The translations under genes and the position numbers were made by a program. A DNA stretch of 64,000 nucleotides from the NCBI RefSeq assembly GCF_009834535.1, contig NC_045707.1, positions 49,726,001 through 49,790,000 of the forward strand. The letters run 5' to 3'. This document shows positions 1-11,380 of the stretch, piece after piece. The notes under the pieces are model-generated. The model ran no database searches, was not told where the DNA came from, and was given only the letters and a program-made list of their open reading frames with translations. Position 1 is the first letter of the stretch; each line of letters opens with the position of its first letter. Source of the stretch: Camelus ferus. Taxonomy: Eukaryota.

Positions 1-2080
1 GAGCTCATTTTAAAAAATAAAAAAATATTAATACCAAATGAGATCATAATGGTCCAGTACTAGAAACTCTATTAATGCAGTTCATCATACTAACAAATCC
101 AAAGAAAAAAAATTACAGGATCTTTCCATAGATGCTGAAAAAGCATTAGACAAAATTCATCAGTCTTCTGTGATACAACAAACAAAACAACCAAGAAAAC
201 ATTCACTGAAGTAGAATTAGAAGGAAGCTGTCTTTTCATAATAAAATGTATCTATTTCAATCTATAGCCATCATAATGCTTCTGAAATGTCTTCATTGTG
301 TTGGCTATGGAAATGGAAATGTCTTCATTGTGTTTGCTAGTAGCCACTAGTACCACTACCATTTAACATTGTTCTAGAGTCATTAGTCAACATCATTACC
401 CAGGAGAAAAAGTTTTTCATTTATTCAAACAACCAGTTATAAGATTTAATGGAAGAAAAGAATGTATACATAACAGCAGCAGAAAAGATAGAATACAAAA
501 ACATACTGTCAAGAAAAGTGTGAGACCTGTTAAAAATAAGATAATACTGAAGGCCACAAAGTAGCATTTCTACAAATAGAGAGACAATGTTATTGGGTCG
601 GAAGGCTGAGCATCACAAATGTGTCAGTTCTCCCTAAATTAATTTAACATGATCTCGATGAAAGCCCGACAGCTTTAACCTGTATCACTCAATGCTAAAT
701 TTAGTAAGAAAAATGAACGTGGAAGGGGACCAGCCGTAAAAGACATTAAAAGCCTAAATAACTAAGAGTGTCATACTTGTCCATTAGCAAAATAGAAATT
801 CCAGAAGAAGTATATCAGGTACATAAAGGAATTGAATGTATATAAAAAAAAAAATGCCACCTCAGGTCAATGGGGGAAAAAAGAGACTGGTCAACAAATG
901 GCTTAAGGATAAGTAAAGTAGTATCTTACCTCATGTGCCAGAATGAATTCCAAAGGTGCCAAAGATTTAAACTGTTTAAGTACAACTATAAAACAGTAAG
1001 GAGGAATCTTGGAATGATTTCTTTATAAATTTGGGTTAGGAAAGTCTAAACTTTTATGACTCAAACCCCCCAAGTCATAAATTATTTTATTGATGAATTT
1101 GGACAAATAAGGATTTTTTTTTAATTCACAGAAAGAAAATCATGAACAAAGTTTAAAAGAAAAAGACAAACTGTGGGAAATATTCGAAACTCATCACAAA
1201 GAGCTAGATTCTCTCAATATATAAATTGATAAGACCATTGCCCATTTTAAATACAGAAAAAGGAAATGAAATTTACTCTTAAGTAAGTGACAAGATAAAG
1301 AGCCTCCCCCATAAAAAAGAAATGTAAATTAAAACCACACAGGATATCATTTTCTACCTCTCAGTTGGCAAAAATCCTAAGTTAGCTAACACACTCTGTT
1401 GAAGGACTCTGAGGGAAAAAACATTTTCTCATAAATTGAAGTTAGGAGTATAAATTGGGCAGTGTGCTAATATCTATACAGATTACAAATGTATATACCA
1501 TTCACCCCAACAATTCCACGGCTAGGAAAACCCAGATACCCACCAGTGATGTGTGGAATGCTGCATGTCTAAGATTACTCACTGCAAAAAAAAAAAAAAA
1601 AAAAAAAAGGAAATATACAAACGTCCATCAATGTGTAACTGGCTAAATAAGTAGTAGTATGTCCATATAATGGAATTATAAGTCGTTGTTAAAAACTGAA
1701 AGCAGAAACTCTCCTTGTACTGATATCAAGTGATATTCAAGATATATTCAGTGAAAATAGTGTTAATTGAGGAAAAGGAGAAAAGTGTTTGTTTAGTGAA
1801 AAGAGAATAGAGTGTATATAATATATCATCATTTGGGTAAAAAAGAGGAAAATAATGTTTCTGTATTTTCCTGCATTTGCATGAAGGAATTCTAGATGAA
1901 GACTCCAGGATTAGTAATAGCTATTCTCCAGAAGGTTGGACCTAAGGGCAAACCTAAATAAAGAATGAAAGACATGGATATAAAAGACACTTTTTACTGG
2001 ATAACTTCTTATGTTTTTTTGAACCCCAAGAATACCTTATCTATTCAAAATTTTTAAATTTAACTTAAAAAAAATTTTTT
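1..2080 (+). mobile_element. Old L1 (L1M-type) LINE fragment: decayed ORF2 (RT region onward) and 3' UTR
   Basis: gatgctgaaaaagcattagacaaaattcat (~131-160) matches the L1 ORF2 DAEKAFDKIQ motif. accactaccatttaacattgttctagag resembles PLLFNIVLE. Later L1 3'-type sequence includes aaaaccacacaggatatcattttctacc and ccatataatggaatta. Many stops and indels. Confidence 0.85.
1586..1608 (+). repeat. poly(A) run (A23) inside L1
   Basis: Direct read. Confidence 0.95.
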
Positions 2081-2836
2081 AAAGAGCAGTTTATTATGAA
2101 GCTAATACTGGCTTATGTTTTTCTTAATTAAAATTTTTTAATTTTAATTTCTTAATTTTAAAATTTATTTTTCTTAATTTTTTGCATTATTTAATATAGC
2201 TAATAAAATTTTGAAGACATTAGTTGGGTCTTCATCTCACTATGCACTATTTCCTTTCTAATAAAACATTAGCATTTCCATAATCCTTGATACTTCCAGC
2301 AGGAAAGTACATAGAAGAGCCAGACTATAAAAGTGATGACTTTTCAACTGCAAATGGTTTTATTCCCAGTAGTTTGTCTAATGTATAGTTTCCTTGCATT
2401 TTTTTCTGATTGGCAGAATTCTTATGATCAAGGTATCTTTAATAGTAAATAAAAGCTCACTTAGAACACATCTACTGACAATAAACTTCAAAGGCAGTGA
2501 AATCCACAGCAGTACGGAAGTGTTGGAACATGCTACCTAGTTTTTAATTAATCAGTGTATATATCTAGTGTATTAAATGTGAGAAACGACATTTATCAAT
2601 CGCTCACCCCAAAATTTTTCAAGGAATTTCATTGAAAATAGTAAGAAGGGGTCAATCTCTACTGCCCCGTTCAAGCGTGCATAGCCATGCCAATTCCAGT
2701 AGAGCCACTGGTGCCACATTCTTCTCTCATGAAGTCTGCAAGCCAGTGGAGATCCTTCACTTCCCATGTCCTATATAGCTCAACCAAGATCAGAGCCAGC
2801 CCTAGCCTCTTTTGATAAAAATAAGAACATAACTCA

Positions 2837-3352
2837 GTGCACAACATAGTGATTTGATATTTCTATACATTTCAAAATGATCACACCGATAAGTCTAGTT
2901 TCCCTCTGTCACCGTACAAAGATAGTGTTGTAGGTCAATTATACTTCAGAAACATGCAAACAGACTCATAGAAAAAGAGATCAAATTTGTAGTTACCAAA
3001 GGCAGAGGGTGAAGCAAGGAGGAATTAAAGGCAATCAAAATGTACAAACTTCCAGTTATAAGATAAATAAGTAGGGATGAAATGTACAACATGATAAATA
3101 TAATTAACACTGCTGTGCGTTACATATGAAAGTTGTTAAGAGAGTGAATCCTAAGAGTTGTCATCACAAGGAAAAAAATTTGCTTTCTATTTCTTCAATT
3201 TTGTATCTGTATGAGATGATGGATATTCACTAAGCTTATTGCGATAACCCTTTTATGAGGTAAGTCAAATCATCATGCAGTACACCTTAAGCTTATACAG
3301 CACTGTATGTCAGTTATAACTCAATAAAACTGGAAGAAAAACATTTAAAAAA
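2837..3352 (+). mobile_element. 5'-truncated L1 3' UTR (L1MA-like/laurasiatherian) with an inverted 5' segment (2837-~2925 on minus)
   Basis: L1 3' UTR motifs gtacaaacttccagttataagataaataag, tgaaagttgttaagagagtgaatcctaagag and ctcaataaaactgg, followed by an A-rich tail. The leftmost ~90 bp is the reverse complement of L1 3' UTR sequence. Confidence 0.8.
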
Positions 3353-5040
3353 TCAAATAACCCAAAGAAAACATTCCTGTTTTTATCGTTATTGTATGTA
3401 CTTTAACTTTAGAATCAATATTCAAATAGCTAAAAATGTAATAATTCTATGACAAAGATGAGGAGTGCTGTGACGATTTAGCCTTAAGCATTCAATTTTT
3501 TTATAACAATTGCAACATAAATATTTCGTCTAGCCAAATAATGCCTGTCAGAGTTTCAAAAACCACCTGCAAAACCTAGCTCTGAGAATAACATCCAGAG
3601 ACAAGGTAATCTGAGGCCACGGTGGGCACCGTTTGCAGAAGGATTCGTGACGTACACAGTCACTTTCAATTCAGCTTCAGTTTCAGTCTGAACTTGAGCA
3701 GCATCATGCTGACACAACACATTCAGAACAAGAGAGGAGTTTCCTGTTCTTTTTATGAAGCTTTGTAACCTTGGTTTCTGAGACTCCTTGTTTTGGAAAA
3801 AAAAAAAAAAATCACTTCCTGATATCTTCTCTGTTGAATTAAAAAAGCTAATGAAAAGAATATTTGGGAAATGAACATGCTTTACACAAAGATATGCAAG
3901 TGATCATCTTTTTGTTTTTAGTTCAACTTAAAATCTGACTACACGTTGTTGTTCTCTATAAGTATGCACAAGGGGGGAAAAAGTAAAACACCACTGCTTG
4001 CTGGGTGCTTCTAATAGGTGCTCAGTATCACAGAGACCACACAAACCACATGGTTGTGACAACTACTATGGCAACTAACAAAATTTTCAAATCAAAATAT
4101 CCAATAGGTCAGGCTGCCCACACAGAGCTCTTAGGTCCCGCACCCCTTTTCACTTCAATGTACAGTGTGCAAATTTGGAAGCCCCTGTCATCTTGTAACC
4201 ACAGTGTAGAAAGCTGCCTATGTTAACTCTGCTGCGTTATTTTCAGTTGACTGTTATGTCAGGGAGCACCTCTTGCAGCACTCCATTCAGAAATGAAGAC
4301 CAAAAAGTTGGCTGCCCATCTAGAAAACTACAGATAGAGCCTGAAGCAAACATGGTACTAAATTAGGAGTATCACCCATATGTTTTCTCCTCTGTGTACT
4401 GAGAGCCATGAAAATAAGTTCATTAAAAATAACTTCCATCACATAGTATCTTGTTCTCTTCTGTAGGCTCAAATCATCATTTTAATGTCTGATTTAATTA
4501 TGTAAAATCAAGTCCCTAATATCAGAGAAGGCCTTTTCTCAAATAAATATCACATACAAAAAAACTGATGTGTACTATACAACTGTAAAAGGTTTGGTCA
4601 GAAAGTTCTGTTTTGTTTTCAGAGACAACAGAATTTCGGGGATCTTTTGGCCTATTATCATGTGCTGGTGAGGAAAGTCTCAGTGTGCACATCAAGGCTA
4701 TTTGGAAAAAAGCTGAAAAGACAAGGAAAGTGAAAAGAATAATCCCTGTTCTGACAACACACCCTTTTAACTGGGGAAAAAAAAAAGCAAATCGTTGGAC
4801 AGAAGTCTGCTGTGTTCAGTGAACGTCACTATGTGATTTTCTCTTCCTGCTTCTACTTCAGAAGAAACAGGAACTTCGAGGGGAAGAAAGCCAGATGAAG
4901 TGATCTGCATCTTAGCAGGACAAGCACACAAGAAAGGCAAACGGAGGTCTCTCCTGCTAGGAAATGCAAAGTTAGGACGTATGAATCCACTGTTGAGGTA
5001 GAAATTTTCCAATTGGCAGCAAAGACATCATCATCCTCTT

Positions 5041-5222
5041 AATAATAATTAGCAACCCAGCACTCACTGTTTATACATACCAGGAATTGTTGAAAGCGTT
5101 TTACGTGGACAGACTCATTTAATCCTCGATTTCAGTGTACCACTCTCATCTCCAAAGGCTAAGCAACTCACAAGGTGTAGGGTGGAGCCAGTATTTAAAC
5201 CCCAGCAATCTGTTTTCAGGTT
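5041..5222 (-). mobile_element. MIR SINE
   Basis: agcgttttacgtggacagactcatttaatcctc ... ggagccagtatttaaaccccagcaatctg matches reverse-complement MIR. Confidence 0.7.
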
Positions 5223-5638
5223 TGAAAACCTGAAGAGAGAATAGGTGTCTGGAAAAGTGTACAGTATTTTCCCTTGGCATCTGTTGCCTTTCAAAGTCTG
5301 CACACAAAAATGAAAGCCATACTTTACAATAGTGATGTGAATTTGATGGGACTGGTGTTTAATGAGAAGATGTATCTATAGTTGGAAAATGTCACCTGGA
5401 TGTGGTCCCAGCTGGGAGATCAGAAGAGCTTGGCTCCCACAACCAGACCCTGGCACCGTACCTTAGTGTCCAGAGCAGCGTGTTACAAGGTGAGGGAGCC
5501 GTAAGTTAGTAAAATGAAAGCAAACGGAGGCAAAATACAATCAGCTCTTGATTGTTTGTGATTTCTGGCTAGGAAATACGGGTCATTCAAATAGCCACCT
5601 TCTCCGTTAGGTTCAACTTTCTGTCCATGAAAACTTTA

Positions 5639-6000
5639 TGCATTCATTTTCTATTTCTGCTGTTAAAAAAAAATTACCACACATTTAGTGGCATAAGACA
5701 ACACAAATTAAGGACCTTATAGTTTAGCAAGTAAGTAGTCTAGTACAGATCTCACCAGACTACAGTCTGCAGGCTGCATTTCTTTCTGGAGATTTTAAGG
5801 AAGAAGCAGTTCCTTAGTCATCTGGGTTATTTGCAGAATTTAGTTCTTTGTAATGGGAGGACTGAAGTCTTATCTTCTTGCTTCCTGAAAAATGAGGCCC
5901 ATTCCCAGCTTCTCAAGGGCTCTGCATTCCCTGGCCCACGGCCCCCTCCCACCACCTTCAAAGCCAGCAGGTGGCAGTCTGAGTCCTTTAAATCTCTGAA
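5639..6000 (-). mobile_element. MaLR solo LTR fragment (MLT1D/E-like)
   Basis: tgctgt..aaattaccacacatttagtggcataagacaacacaaatt and gcagaatttagttctttg..ttcaaagccagca are typical MLT1 reverse-strand motifs. Confidence 0.75.
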
Positions 6001-7044
6001 GAACACAAGGGCTGTTGGTGGGAGCAGGCTTGTGGCCATAGTTGGCCTCTGGTCTGCAGAGACTTCGTAAGTCTTTGGAAAGCATCTTAGAATCATTCTC
6101 CCTTTCAGTAGCTAGAGATTTAGAGTAGCTGAAATCTGTAGGAATGAACCTCTCAGGGCTAAAAATGTGACATATTTGGGAACAATTCTTAAACTCTAAT
6201 TAACTACCTGTAATACAGTTTTGTGAGTTTATTGCATGGAAGCTATAAAACCTAGACTTTGTGGTATATCTGTCCCTAAGTAGTGGCATATTTTCACTCC
6301 TTCAATATTGCTGTAAACAGTGGCACCCATGTAACATATGTTTGACTTTTCTTTTTTAATGTTTCTATGAAAACTACAAACTACCTTAATTTACATGTTT
6401 CCTTATATCCTTTTCACTCATCATCTCATTTGGCATCTTGGCATCGTTTGACACAGTTGTCTCCCTTGGCTTTGATAACACAACTCTTTTCCTTATGGTC
6501 CTCTTAGCTATTTCTTCACAGTCTCCTTTATGGAAAAAATGTGTAGCATGGTGCCTAGCATAAAATAGGCATTTTAAATGGTTTGTTGAATGAATGACTG
6601 AATGCATAAATGAACAAATAATATAGGATTATATTCCCCTACCCACCAATTAAATGTTTGAGTTTGCCAAGCTTCGGTTACTACCTATACGCTGATGATT
6701 TCCAATTTTATGTCTCCAGCCCAAATCTCTTTCCTGTACCTCAGGCTTGTATATGCAACCTCTGACCGGACTTTGTTCCCTCTGACACTTCAAATTCAAC
6801 CTGTCTGAGTCTGATCTCATTAACCTCACTGCCAGAACTTCTTTTCTTCCAGATTCTTCCACAATCTGCCCCGTCACGCAAGCACAAATCTAAGTGTCAT
6901 CCTTGGCTCCATATTATTGGTCACTAAGTCCTGTTGCTTCTTCCTTTTGAAATCTGCCCCCTTATTTCTAACCACACTGTTTCTACTACTTTTGCTGAGG
7001 TCCTCCTTCATCCTCACCTAGATGCCTGTGATTACCACCTAACT

Positions 7045-7242
7045 CAGTATTTGCAAAATATCTCTGAAGACAGAAATAATCTGAAGACAGGAAGCATATG
7101 ATTTTATGCTCGATAAAGACATAAATTACTGTACCTGCCCCCAATCTTCTGAGTAATAATCTCCCAGAAAGGAGCCTGGAAATATGTATGTTTAAAAAGC
7201 ACCCCAGGTGATTCTTGTTATCAGGGAATTTGGGAAAGCACG
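7045..7242. mobile_element. MER5-family hAT-Charlie MITE
   Basis: ggagcctggaaatatgtatgtttaaaaagcaccccaggtgattct...aatttgggaaagcac resembles the MER5A-type end. Confidence 0.65.
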
Positions 7243-7554
7243 TTTTTGCCTGCCAGACTCCAGAGTTGCCTCCCACTCTGCAGTCCACCCTCCACAGCAT
7301 TACCAGAGTGACCTGTTTAAAACATGAGTCTAATCTTATCATTTCCATGGTTCTTCATGGTGTCTAAGACAATACTTACATTCTTTTAACAGAGCTTTCA
7401 TACGTCTCTAGCCTTATCTTTCAACCCTTTTCAATATGGACCCTGCATTCTATTCTTAACTCTCTCCTGAATGCAGCAGGCATGCCCTTTCAGGCCACTG
7501 CACCAGCTCCGCCTGCTACCAGGACACTCATGTCCCAGCCCCTTTGTTCACTGT

Positions 7555-7790
7555 ACACTTATGTAACACTTCAGTGAGACAGACACTGTTCTGAGTGCTT
7601 TCGAAATATCAACTCATATATTCATCTGTACGACCCTGGGATGGGTAAGTGGTAGGTACTGTTGTTATCTGCACTCATGGAGAAAAGTGAGGGGTGTGTG
7701 CCTGGAATCATACATAGTTTCTGGAAAAACTAAGATGTGAGCCCAGACAGCCTGACTATAGAATTTATGCATTTAGTAGCCATGCTCTAG
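7555..7790 (-). mobile_element. MIR SINE inside L2
   Basis: cagacactgttctgagtgctttcg..aactcat..gtaggtactgttgttatc..gcccagacagcctgact. Confidence 0.7.
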
Positions 7791-8893
7791 TGCCTCTCCT
7801 TCGTCTGGTTAAACCCATTTTTATTCAAAGCACAGCTCATGCATTAATGCTTCCTGGAAGTCTTCTTAGATCCCCTAGGCTGAATTTGGCTGAACCTGGG
7901 ACTTACTTTTTTTGTCACTGCATTCATAGCACTGTACAGTTAACACCTATTTTCTTGTCTTACAAATCAGACTGTACATTCTTTAACAGAGGGAAACACA
8001 GTTTTTGTATCCTCAAAACCCAGTACAGCGCCCAGCATGAAGTACTAGCTATCTGTTGAATAAAAGAATAAAGAAATGAATTAGTGAATAAATGCATATA
8101 TTAACGTATAAAGAAGCAGCAGGGAACATCAACAACAGACAATCTAGACATTCTGCCCCTGCATTGTGAAGTCTTCTGTACATGATTTCAATTTGGGGCA
8201 TATGAGATGGCCTACCTTGTATCAGAAATAAACTTTGGAGTCGTCTTACCAATTCTACAAATTTTCATGGAAATTCAAATTAAATGCATATTTGGACTTT
8301 GAGTTGTTTAATCTACTCAGTAGATTTCTTTTATTTCTCTTTGTCAGGCATGAAGGTTAAAACTATTTCTAGACCTTTCATCTTAGTTCAACTTTCCCCT
8401 TAATTTATTCACTCCAAAATGTTGAACAAAACAGGTCCCTTTTTGTGGTTGGAAAGTTTGGCTTTACATAGACCCTTTCAACACACAACTGTCAGCACCC
8501 GATTATGGGTCATTTTTTAGCCCCTGACTTTCACTTCCTTCTTTAAATAGGTCTTTCAGATGAATCATCTTCAGCCACTCTGTGATTATGCAGGGACAGT
8601 TATGCAGCGTATAAATGAACAGGATGCACTCAGCTCCTTCCTACCTTGTATCCTGTGCTCTGATTTTGGGGGTTTCATTTTTCGTTCAGTAAAAATTTGA
8701 GTGACAATTGCGTGCTGGATTTTGTGTGAGTCCTCAGATCATTAGCATTTCCAGCAAGAATGACAGGAAAAGCCCACATCCACCAGCTTTCAGACTTTTA
8801 GCTTTGGAGAGGAATTTAGTGGGAAAAGACTTGGATGGGATTTTTACATTTATGCAATTCTTTTTCTATACCCAATGCCATTATTAAAGCAAT

Positions 8894-8910
8894 TGTGTGT
8901 GTGTGTGTGT
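8894..8910. repeat. (TG)8 microsatellite
   Basis: Direct read. Confidence 0.9.
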
Positions 8911-10149
8911 AATATGCATATATTATATATAAGTAATCAGTCTACCAACACAGTAGCAGAGCCCCCTAACTACTCAAAAATTTATCTCTCAGCTCATAAT
9001 CCTTGAATACTTTAACAAATTCATTCCAATAACACACATGCCAGTAGTCATAGCTGTTTGCCTATTGTATCAATTTTGGGAAATAATGTATTTTGATAAA
9101 TAATCTCCTTAATGATGTTTCATTGATTGTATCACAACATGGACACATGTCCATGAATATTAATATGAAAGAATCCACTTTTTCCATGTGAGACCTATAA
9201 TACTGGAAAATACTAGCGTGAGTTAAAGAAAGAGGAAGTTTACACAAGGGATTGTTGTCTTTCATCTTCCACATGAATGATACTCTAAATATGTATGATC
9301 CTCACCTACATTTCTACAGTTGAAGGCTGTTTCCTGAGTGAATCACAGCTGAGTGAAATGTGCAGCAAGGGACATATGAAAATGTATAGGCAACAACACT
9401 CGGAGTGATCCTATAGGCAAGAGGTTAAAGGACTAGTGTGCAGGACCTCAGATATGGTAGGTTTTAGGAAAGATTTTGTACCTTTGTACTACGTATGTAA
9501 GAGTCTTTCCATCCTACGTGGGAAGATTCTGGCTCTTTGCTGCTTCTTCCCTTCTGTCTTCTGAGAAGAGAGGAGAAGAAATGTCAAAAGAAAGTAATGC
9601 TTTGGGCATCAGCAATGGAGAGTCGTCCGAGAATGGACAGAGACAGCAACGCCTGCAAGGTGGTAGGAAGAGAGGAGACTTTACAGAGTCAATCTTGATA
9701 AAGAACAGGAGAGAGTGGGCAGAGAAAAATGAAAACAGCCCAAACCGGGGGCAGAGGAAATGGCTCAGAAAAGAAGCCAGGAGTGAGAATAGCTGTAGGG
9801 TGTGAAGGCAGCTTGTGGGAAAGAGAAAAGGGGAAATTTGAGGAGATTTTCAGAGAGCTATTTGTACCCTGCATAGTGTTTGAGAAATACAAGTGAAATA
9901 TTTGAGATGTTCTGAAATGACTGTTGGTCACTGAGTTCCCTTGCATGCAATATTGCCCTCAACAGGACCACATGGTTCATGGCTTTATAAACATTACACG
10001 TCTTGCAGTGAAATGTTACGAAAACCACCTTCACTGTCATCTGGCCAGCAGAATTCGCAGCCTCTGCATGACTTGATAGAACCCCTTTGGAGTCTTTAGA
10101 CTGACTCATTCTACACTCAGATCACATTATCTCTTCTTTCCCCATCTTC

Positions 10150-10310
10150 ATTTACTGTTATTTGTGTCCTTGTTGGCACACAAATATTGTACTAGACTTT
10201 AATACTCTTGATGCCAGGAACTGTGTCTTTTTTATCTTTGTATTTCATGTGACATCCAGCAGAACACCCAACACATGGTTAGAATATTCAGTTAGTTAAC
10301 AAATGGATCA
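10150..10310 (+). mobile_element. L2 3' end fragment
   Basis: ctagactttaatactcttgatgccaggaactgtgtcttttttatctttgtatt..cagcagaacacc. Confidence 0.55.
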
Positions 10311-11189
10311 ATTAATTTTAGGATACACATGAAGTTTTGTTAAATAAAATGAGTGAAAATGCATGAAGAGAAAGTCCAGTGGCTTTGGTTTTGTTGGTGG
10401 CATTTTAATTATTATCATTTTCTTACTGATTTTATGAAACATTCTGATTCAGCAATATATTTGGAATCTTAGAACTATTATGTACATTTGTCATTGGTGA
10501 TTTAATTACTACAGCTTTACTTACTGAGCAAAATGTCTCACTTCAGCCATGTATTTGGAATTCAATAGCTATTACTACATTTTAGCAGTAAAGAAAATAT
10601 CACTAATTTATAAGGCTCTTCTGCTAGGAAACAGTTATATAAGTAGCATTAATAACACATGCAATTTCCACCATTTTGTCTACAAGTTAGCTACAAAATA
10701 GGCCAATTTTAATTCTGTCCGTTTTATGAAGGTACACATGAGATCATCGCTGTAACTCTCACAGTAATCGTTTTGATTGTCTGGAAACCCTTGTTGTCTC
10801 ATTAGCTATTATCCATCTGCATGATGTCCTAATATAATGACGTACACCAAACCATCTCTAGATCCAGCATAGCAGTGTGCCAGGAGTAGTGTGTCAGCCT
10901 AAGATTTCATAGCTACATGGAGCACCTGCTGAGACTCTGGATTGAAGGCATTGTATAAGGGTAACTGGCGGAAGTTAAAAAGGAATAAAAAGCATTTGTT
11001 TTCTGATAACAAGGAGCTTACATACAACATACACAAAGTAAGTTGCTGTGGTATAAAATGATAAGCATTAAAAAAATGTATGTACTCATACATTTCTGTC
11101 ATGCATTGGCAAATTTACATTTTCAATTGCATGGTTGTTGTCTAAGTGCACACACATTGCCAGATACGTGTGTTAAGGACCAAGTGAAG

Positions 11190-11380
11190 TAGAAGAGGCC
11201 AGTCAAGAAAACAGGCCTGGAAGAGGCAGCACTTACTAGCTGTGTGCCCCATGGTAAGTCCTGTGGCCTCACTGAGCCCCATTCTTCACGAGTGTGAAGG
11301 AGTGAACATCCACCTGTTGCATGGGGTCTGAAGGTGGCACGCAGTAACCCATGGGAGTGCCTTGTGTGGAGCGCCCCGCA
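11190..11380 (+). mobile_element. Degenerate MIR SINE
   Basis: cacttactagctgtgtgccccatggtaagtc..cctcactgagccccattcttca matches the MIR core. Confidence 0.65.

Larger units (their letters stand above)
6410..8090 (+). mobile_element. Fragmented L2 LINE(s), interrupted by a MER5-like element and a MIR
   Basis: ctatacgctgatgatttccaa (YADD RT motif, ~6685). Pyrimidine-rich L2 body. 3' tails ttgttgaatgaatgactgaatg (~6583) and tgttgaataaaagaataaagaaatgaa (~8055). Confidence 0.75.

Noticed and set aside
9476..9805. 109-aa charged ORF
   Set aside because: Explained by a purine-rich strand that lacks stops; non-ATG start and no homology that I can recognise.
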